Below, piece after piece: positions 28,122 to 34,307 of a stretch of DNA of 34,307 bases. Below the pieces are notes generated by a model. That model searched no databases, had not been told where the DNA came from, and saw nothing but the letters and a program-made list of their open reading frames with translations. Source of the stretch: an uncultured Lutibacter sp. (GTDB lineage Bacteria; Bacteroidota; Bacteroidia; Flavobacteriales; Flavobacteriaceae); assembly GCA_965365125.1 (NCBI GenBank), contig CBDUAL010000001.1, positions 1 through 34,307 on the forward strand, written 5' to 3'. The position numbers and the translations under genes were made by a program. Every line of letters begins with the position of its first letter. Within the stretch, counting starts at the first letter, position 1.

Positions 28122-29246
28122 ATGCAATTATTAAGAACCACATATTTATCCCTCGGAAGCAACCAAGGCAACAAACTTCAACATTTACAAAATGCTATTG
28201 ATTTAATTGCTGAAAACATAGGGAATGTTGTTAAAATAGCCTCCATTTATAAAACCGCTGCTTGGGGTTTTGAAAGTGATCATTTTTACAATACTTGCAT
28301 TCAAGTTGCAACAGGATTGAACCCTGAAAATTTATTGAAAAAAATTCATGAAATTGAATTTTCAATGGGAAGAATTCGTTCTTCGGAAGAAGGGTACAAA
28401 CCTAGAACTATTGACATTGATATATTACTTTTTGACAATGAAATTATTTTTTCGAAAGACTTAATTGTTCCGCATAAAGATATGTTGAACCGTAAATTTG
28501 TGATGGTTCCTTTGACTGAAATTGCTCCGAATTTAATACATCCTATTAACAAACAACGCATTGAGGTTTGTTTAATAAATTGCAATGACATTGGTGAAAT
28601 TGAGCTTACCAATTTACAACTAGTTAAACCTGTTAACCTTTCTGAAAAATACAATTACATTGCTATTGAAGGAAATATTGGCGCTGGCAAAACAACACTT
28701 TCTAAAATGCTTGCTGAAGATTTTAATGCTAAAGTTGTGTTGGAACGATTTGCCGACAACCCGTTTTTACCTAAATTTTACAAGGATAACGACCGGTATG
28801 CTTTTCCGTTAGAAATGAGCTTTTTAGCCGACAGGTATTCACAACTTACTGATGATTTAGCGCAATTTGATTTATTTAAAAACTTTATAATTTCAGATTA
28901 TTATATATTTAAATCGTTGATTTTTGCTCAAGTAACCTTACAAGAAGAAGAATATTTTTTATACCGAAAAATGTTTGACATTATGTATAAAGAAATTTCA
29001 AAGCCCGATTTATATATTTACTTGTACCAAAACACGCCCAGATTAATAGAAAATATTAAAAAACGAGGTAGAGAGTACGAACAAAATATTGAACCAGCTT
29101 ATTTAGATAAAATTCATCAAGGATATTCAACCTTTATTAAAACTGAAGAAAATTTAGACACACTCATAATTGACGTTTCAGACAAAGATTTTGTTCATAA
29201 TCCAGCAGATTATAAAGCTATTATTAAAGAAATTTTAGCCAAATAA
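28122..29246 (+). CDS. folK: HPPK (FolK) fused to a deoxynucleoside kinase domain
   Basis: YLSLGSN, PRTIDIDIL, LIVPH...RKFVMVPL; then IAIEGNIGAGKTT, PDLYIYL, IKKRGREYE. Confidence 0.93.
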   Translation: MQLLRTTYLSLGSNQGNKLQHLQNAIDLIAENIGNVVKIASIYKTAAWGFESDHFYNTCIQVATGLNPENLLKKIHEIEFSMGRIRSSEEGYKPRTIDIDILLFDNEIIFSKDLIVPHKDMLNRKFVMVPLTEIAPNLIHPINKQRIEVCLINCNDIGEIELTNLQLVKPVNLSEKYNYIAIEGNIGAGKTTLSKMLAEDFNAKVVLERFADNPFLPKFYKDNDRYAFPLEMSFLADRYSQLTDDLAQFDLFKNFIISDYYIFKSLIFAQVTLQEEEYFLYRKMFDIMYKEISKPDLYIYLYQNTPRLIENIKKRGREYEQNIEPAYLDKIHQGYSTFIKTEENLDTLIIDVSDKDFVHNPADYKAIIKEILAK

Positions 29247-29289
29247 TTTAGCTTTCTATCATAAAAAATTTCCTCCTCTGAAAGATTAT

Positions 29290-29416
29290 CGGGCTTTTAT
29301 AAGATTTGTGCGAATAGAAAATCGGAGATGTTTAAGACGCAGCAAATCATTACTTGAATGTTTGTTGATTCGTTATTTAGTTTAAATGTAAGCATAAATT
29401 TTATGAGGTGTTGTGA
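29290..29416 (-). mobile_element. attC-like recombination site downstream of the LRR gene
   Basis: Minus strand TCACAAC...G|ATAA. The plus strand folds with G-T wobbles: 29299-311/29392-404, 29328-36/29381-89, 29340-51/29357-67. Confidence 0.6.
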
Positions 29417-29502
29417 ACAGTTTTTATTCAATCATTCTCAAAACTTAAAGAACTTACAGATATTCTTTATATAGTATATAGACTGCATGTATTTTAGATT
29501 AT

Positions 29503-30474
29503 TTAATTACAATTTAAAGAATAGCTAGCCAAATTATCTTTATACCAATCAGCTTGTATGTTGTTAATATGAGATTCGTTAACCTTAATGCAGTTAATTA
29601 AATTATTTTGACATTTTAGCCAGTATAAACTTGATATATTTGGAATATACAAATTACTAACATCTAACGTTGTAAGTTGATTGTTAAAACATTCTAAAAG
29701 GTTTATAGTTTTAACATTAGCCATTTCTAAGTTTTGAAGTTGGTTCGAATCACAAACTAAATGAATTAAAGATGTATTACTATTTACATTCAAATTTGTA
29801 AGTTGGTTTAAACGACAGAATAATGAGAGCATATTTATATTATAGCTTACATCTAACGCTGTAAGCTTATTGGAATCACAAATCAAATCAATTAGATCTA
29901 CATTTTTAGTTACATCCAAATTTGTAAGTTGATTTGAACTACAATTTAAATGTGCTAAATTTAAGTTTTTGCTTAAATCTAAATCGGTAAGTTGATTGAT
30001 GTTACATTGAAAATCAAATAGATTTGGGTTATTACTTACATCTAGGTTAATAAGTAAATTATCTTCACAGAATATACTAGAAAGCTTAGAATTATTCCCT
30101 ATATTTAAATTAGTTAACAGATTTTGACTACAAACTATTTTGGTTAGAGATGTGTTATTACTTAAATCCAATTTTGATAATTCATTTCCTGAACAAAATA
30201 GTATTTGTAGTTTTGAAAAACCTTCTACACCTGTTAAATCCTTAATACCTAATCTGTTTAAATGTAATTCAAGTACTTGAGAAACATTCGATGTTAAAAC
30301 ATAATCATCTATGATATCATCAAATCCTAATTTTATTAATTCTTGCTCAAAATTATCGTCAGGAACATAAGTGTATTTTATATTATTGTCAGTATCTTCA
30401 GTGCATCCAATAAAAAAAGATAGCAGTATAACTAGAAAATGAGTTGATAAAATTTGAAGGTTGTTTTTCATCAA
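29503..30474 (-). CDS. Leucine-rich-repeat lipoprotein (21-aa bacterial LRRs)
   Basis: Lipobox FFIGC; cap YVPDDNFEQELIKLG; about nine repeats of LxCxxNQLTxLDVSxNxxL. Confidence 0.88.
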   Translation of the reverse strand: MMKNNLQILSTHFLVILLSFFIGCTEDTDNNIKYTYVPDDNFEQELIKLGFDDIIDDYVLTSNVSQVLELHLNRLGIKDLTGVEGFSKLQILFCSGNELSKLDLSNNTSLTKIVCSQNLLTNLNIGNNSKLSSIFCEDNLLINLDVSNNPNLFDFQCNINQLTDLDLSKNLNLAHLNCSSNQLTNLDVTKNVDLIDLICDSNKLTALDVSYNINMLSLFCRLNQLTNLNVNSNTSLIHLVCDSNQLQNLEMANVKTINLLECFNNQLTTLDVSNLYIPNISSLYWLKCQNNLINCIKVNESHINNIQADWYKDNLASYSLNCN

Positions 30475-30529
30475 ATTAGAGTTTTTTAATATTATTACTG
30501 TTTCTTTTTTAAATTATTTACAACAACTT

Positions 30530-30868
30530 TTATTTTTTATTCAGCTCTAACTTTTCAGCAAAATAATCACAAAAATCACGCATGGTAGCAGTCATTTTTT
30601 CATCATTTGTTGCGCGCTCAAAAGTACCAGCCATAGACACGAGTGTTTGATGAAAAAATTGCTTCATTTCATCAATAGGCATATCTTTTGTCCACAAATC
30701 CATACGTAACGTATCTTTTGCTTTTGAATCCCAAACTGAAATCATTAAAGCTTTAGCTTCTTCATTTGAAATACCTCCTTCTTCAGCAGTCCAGTTTAAT
30801 TTTTCTGGAACTTTATTTTCGTCTAAACCTACGTTAAATTCAATTTTTGATGTATGTTTTACTGCCAT
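30530..30868 (-). CDS. gldC: Gliding motility protein GldC
   Basis: LDENKVPEKLNWTAE, LRMDLWTKDMPIDEMKQFFHQTL; directly follows gldB. Confidence 0.93.
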   Translation of the reverse strand: MAVKHTSKIEFNVGLDENKVPEKLNWTAEEGGISNEEAKALMISVWDSKAKDTLRMDLWTKDMPIDEMKQFFHQTLVSMAGTFERATNDEKMTATMRDFCDYFAEKLELNKK

Positions 30869-31827
30869 TACTTTTTGGGTTTGTATTTAGATTTTTTAAA
30901 AATTTCTTCTGCGCTAGTTTGCAAAAGTTGTTGCAAAGTTACATTATTATTGTTCATATACGAACGTACTATTTGCCAACCTAACCAAACACCAATTTTA
31001 CCAGGTGATTGTTTATCAATATCAATATAAAATTTTGAAAATGGTGCATTTGCTACAAAGCGAGTATATAAATCAGCATCAGTACTATATAGTAATTTGT
31101 TTTCAATAAAATATTTCCAAATCTGTTGCTCATTGGTAGTTGCCCATTCTATTTGATCTGGAGAATATTCCATTTTTTCAGCATCGGTTCCCAACGGTAA
31201 ATAACAATCTAACAAGTACATTTTTTTTCCTTCATTAACAATCAAATCGATAAACTGACGGCTTTTTTCAGAAATCACATACTGTTCACTTATAGCTTTT
31301 GCTATGGCAACTGGCAATTGAGATTTCTCAAAATTTTGAGCCAAATAGAGCGGAAACCCTTCATACACTTCATCATCTTTTCCTAAAAATAGGTCTAATG
31401 AAATAAATAAATAATTCTTTGTATACATTACCTTATTTTGAAAATCTAAATTGGTAATCAATGTAATAATTTCTGGCGCTGTAAATGTTGGATGATAATA
31501 TTTTACATGCTTAAACAAATCGGCTATTTCCAATTTTTCAGATTCAAAATCACCAAAAACCAATTGCGTTTTTTTGTACAATTCAAGTTCTTTAGGATCT
31601 TGAATTCTATTTAACCAAACAGTATCAGGATTCTGTACAGGAAACAAAAAAGGATATTCAGCTTTTAATTGGGGTAAACTTTCTTTGGTAGCCGCATAAA
31701 ATTTTTCTTCAAACCTGTCAACTGAAACCGTTATATCAATTTCAGAAACATCAACTTGCCTTTTAATATCCGTTTTGCAAGAAACTACTGTCAATAAAAT
31801 AATTAGTACTCCTATAATTTTGTTCAT
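30868..31827 (-). CDS. gldB: Gliding motility lipoprotein GldB
   Basis: Lipobox VVSC; VDRFE; ISLDLFLG; APFSKFY...SPGKIGVWLGWQIVRSYM; SKYKP. Confidence 0.92.
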   Translation of the reverse strand: MNKIIGVLIILLTVVSCKTDIKRQVDVSEIDITVSVDRFEEKFYAATKESLPQLKAEYPFLFPVQNPDTVWLNRIQDPKELELYKKTQLVFGDFESEKLEIADLFKHVKYYHPTFTAPEIITLITNLDFQNKVMYTKNYLFISLDLFLGKDDEVYEGFPLYLAQNFEKSQLPVAIAKAISEQYVISEKSRQFIDLIVNEGKKMYLLDCYLPLGTDAEKMEYSPDQIEWATTNEQQIWKYFIENKLLYSTDADLYTRFVANAPFSKFYIDIDKQSPGKIGVWLGWQIVRSYMNNNNVTLQQLLQTSAEEIFKKSKYKPKK

Positions 31828-31887
31828 TAATTTCTATATTTACACTTCTATTTTTTAAAACGTCAAAATTACTAAAAAAGTTTAAGT

Positions 31888-32676
31888 ATGAATACCGAAA
31901 AAGTTGTTGATTATATTGTTGATTGGTTAAAAACGTATGCTACGAACGCAAACGTGAATGGTTTTGTAATTGGAATTTCAGGAGGAATTGATTCTGCGGT
32001 AACCTCAACATTGTGTGCAAAAACAGGTTTTCCTGTGTTGTGTGTTGAAATGCCAATTCATCAAGGTGAACATCAAGTTTCAAGAGCAAAAGAACACATT
32101 TCACAATTAAAAGCACAATTTCCGCAAGTTTCATCGGTTGAAGTAAACCTAACCCATACTTTTGAAGAATTTAAAAAGGTGGTTCCTGTTATTAATGATG
32201 AAGCCACGGTAAATATGTCTTTAGCAAATACTAGGGCACGTTTACGTATGAGTACACTTTATTATTTAGCAGGTTTGCACGGATATTTAGTAGCTGGAAC
32301 AGGTAATAAAGTAGAAGATTTTGGGGTTGGTTTTTACACAAAATATGGAGATGGCGGCGTAGATTTAAGTCCGATAGCTGATTTAATGAAATCTGAAGTG
32401 TATAAATTAGCCGCAGTTTTAGGAGTTCCAACAAGCATTCAAAAAGCACAACCAACCGATGGTTTATTTGGCGATAGTAGAACCGACGAAGATCAAATTG
32501 GTGCAAGTTATGATGAATTAGAATGGGCTATGAATCAAGCTGATTTAGGTAAAACCGCTAACGATTTTGAAGGAAGAGAAAAAGAAGCTTTCACAATTTA
32601 CGCACAAAGAAATAGGGCTAACAAACACAAAATGGACCCGATTCCTGTTTGTATGATTCCCGAAGATTTGAAGTAA
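31888..32676 (+). CDS. nadE: NH3-dependent NAD+ synthetase
   Basis: GISGGIDSAV, NTRARLRM, GTGNKVE, FYTKYGDG, PTDGL, TDEDQIG. Confidence 0.96.
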   Translation: MNTEKVVDYIVDWLKTYATNANVNGFVIGISGGIDSAVTSTLCAKTGFPVLCVEMPIHQGEHQVSRAKEHISQLKAQFPQVSSVEVNLTHTFEEFKKVVPVINDEATVNMSLANTRARLRMSTLYYLAGLHGYLVAGTGNKVEDFGVGFYTKYGDGGVDLSPIADLMKSEVYKLAAVLGVPTSIQKAQPTDGLFGDSRTDEDQIGASYDELEWAMNQADLGKTANDFEGREKEAFTIYAQRNRANKHKMDPIPVCMIPEDLK

Positions 32677-32715
32677 TTATTAAAAAAGTTCTAAAAAACA
32701 AGTAAACAAAAAACT

Positions 32716-34307
32716 ATGAATTGGATTTTAGGACTACTTTTTATTTTAACACTCATTTTTTTATACAGCAACTATTCTAGAAAAAAGAAAAAAGCTGCTT
32801 TAAAAAAATGGCTTACCGAGCGTTGGGGAAAACCAAGAAATAAGGAGTACTTCAATTTTTATGTTATTGAACGGTATTTTAAAAATAACGAACATAAAAA
32901 AGAGGCATTTCACATCATTTCAGATAAGTGTAAAAGCGATTTAGATATTAATGAAATTTTTAAGTTTATTGACAGAACTTCATCTAAAATTGGTCAGCAA
33001 TATTTATATTTTAAGTTAAGAACCATTGGTAGCCTTGAAAGTTTACTGCAATTCAGTAATTTAACACTCATTTTTCAGAAGAATAAACCGCTGAGCATTT
33101 ATTGTCAGCAACTACTATCAAAATTAAACTACAACGATTCTTATTACTTAGAAGAGTTATTCAATGGCAAACAAATTGAAAAACCAACATATATTTGGCT
33201 GGTTAAACTCTTATCATTATCATCACTTGTTTCCATTATTCTAACTTTCTTTTACCCAATTTTTTCACTACTAATTGTTGCCATTTTAGCCGTTAATTTA
33301 TTTTTTCATTATAAAAACAAGTCGAATATTAGTTATTATTTAGATGGCGTAAAACAACTTTCAAAAAGTTTGAATGTAGGACAAAAATTAGCTGAAATTC
33401 CAGAAATAAAAACCCATTTCAAGAATTTAGAATTTATAAAAAAGGTGAGTTCCGTTCAACTAAAAACAGAATTTATTGCCTTTGAAAAAAATGTAGACAA
33501 TGAATTTGCTTTTTTGTTTTGGTTTATTGCTGAGCTTTTAAAAATTTTATTCAATATTGAATTTTTGATCTTTTTTAGTTTTATAGATTCCATTTCAGAA
33601 GAAAAAGAAAGCATTGAACAACTATTTTTATTTATTGGCGAAATTGATGCCGCCATATCAACCGCTTCGCTGAAAGAGAGCAATACAACTATTTGCACTC
33701 CAACTTTCACAACTAAGAATGAATTAATTGCAACAGAAATTTACCACCCTTTAATTGAAGATTGCATTCCGAATAATATTGATCTTAACACCAAAAGTAT
33801 GTTGTTAACAGGCTCAAATATGTCTGGAAAAACCACATTTATAAGAACCGTAGCCGTTAACAGTATTTTAGCGCAAACTTTACATGTTTGCTTTGGAAAA
33901 ACATATACCGCTCCATTTTACAAAATTTATTCTTCCATTAGAATTACTGATGATTTATTAGACGATACAAGTTATTATTTAGAAGAAGTTTTAACCATTA
34001 AAGAATTAGTAGAAGCCGCCAAAAATAAACAACCAAGCCTATTTGTTTTAGATGAAATTTTTAAAGGCACCAATACTATTGAACGAATTTCTGGTGGAAA
34101 AGCTATTTTAACGTATTTAAATAAACCAAATCACATGGTTTTGGTTTCAACCCACGACATTGAATTGACAGATTTACTACAAAAAGAAAACTATGAATTA
34201 TTTCATTTTAGCGAGCAAATTGAAAATGACACCTTAATTTTTGATCATAAATTAAAGTCTGGAAAATTAAAAGCACGAAATGCTATTAAAATTTTAGAAC
34301 TCTATAA
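32716..34307 (+). CDS. MutS-related ATPase (domain V family) with membrane segments; 3' truncated by window edge
   Basis: Not in the ORF track. Open from ATG 32716 (MNWILGLLFILTLIFLY...) to the end, with LLTGSNMSGKTTFIRT, LDEIFKGTN and STHD motifs. Confidence 0.9.
   Translation, partial: MNWILGLLFILTLIFLYSNYSRKKKKAALKKWLTERWGKPRNKEYFNFYVIERYFKNNEHKKEAFHIISDKCKSDLDINEIFKFIDRTSSKIGQQYLYFKLRTIGSLESLLQFSNLTLIFQKNKPLSIYCQQLLSKLNYNDSYYLEELFNGKQIEKPTYIWLVKLLSLSSLVSIILTFFYPIFSLLIVAILAVNLFFHYKNKSNISYYLDGVKQLSKSLNVGQKLAEIPEIKTHFKNLEFIKKVSSVQLKTEFIAFEKNVDNEFAFLFWFIAELLKILFNIEFLIFFSFIDSISEEKESIEQLFLFIGEIDAAISTASLKESNTTICTPTFTTKNELIATEIYHPLIEDCIPNNIDLNTKSMLLTGSNMSGKTTFIRTVAVNSILAQTLHVCFGKTYTAPFYKIYSSIRITDDLLDDTSYYLEEVLTIKELVEAAKNKQPSLFVLDEIFKGTNTIERISGGKAILTYLNKPNHMVLVSTHDIELTDLLQKENYELFHFSEQIENDTLIFDHKLKSGKLKARNAIKILELY

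Larger units (their letters stand above)
29290..30523 (-). mobile_element. Putative solitary integron-type gene cassette carrying the LRR lipoprotein gene
   Basis: 5' end G|TTGTAAATAATTT is complementary to the attC outer arm; single ORF; no integrase in the window. Confidence 0.55.

Noticed and set aside
29600-30230. 63-bp periodic DNA repeats (TGTAAGTTG..., TTACATCTA)
   Set aside because: Fully explained by the 21-aa leucine-rich repeats of the encoded protein.
545-33710. Short antisense or overlapping ORFs in the track (e.g. 545-748, 2106-2300, 3366-3560, 7031-7228, 8308-8514, 11855-12103, 18153-18488, 20816-21385, 26544-26888, 28346-28654, 32231-32506, 33456-33710)
   Set aside because: All lie within well-supported genes on the other strand or frame and show no recognisable motifs.
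1-34307. tRNA, rRNA, transposase, integrase, prophage or known defence genes
   Set aside because: None recognisable in the window.

Overview
AT-rich chromosomal window from a Flavobacteriaceae-like Bacteroidota genome (gldB/gldC, GLPGLI protein, TAnnTTTG promoters). Most of it is housekeeping: cysM (partial), DegT aminotransferase, galE, metK with a SAM-II-like riboswitch, a GLPGLI/outer-membrane barrel pair opposite a two-component system, a deoxynucleoside kinase, membrane and soluble pyrophosphatases, pdhB, etfBA, a CNT nucleoside transporter, thyA, folA, sppA, a folK-dNK fusion, gldBC, nadE and a partial MutS-domain-V gene. Two non-coding structures missed by the ORF track stand out. (1) An AraC-centred module at 23.9-26.1 kb. 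Two tandem units with a 190-bp period each look like a self-contained ~90-nt minus-strand transcript (promoter, covarying hairpin, terminator, possible leaderless 16/18-aa ORF). Both share a 41-bp upstream box with the promoter of the secreted-protein gene on the other side of araC. (2) An LRR lipoprotein gene with the signature of a solitary integron-type gene cassette (attC-like hairpin, complementary cassette ends, GATAA target) inserted between gldC and folK. All calls come from reading the sequence; no database searches were run.
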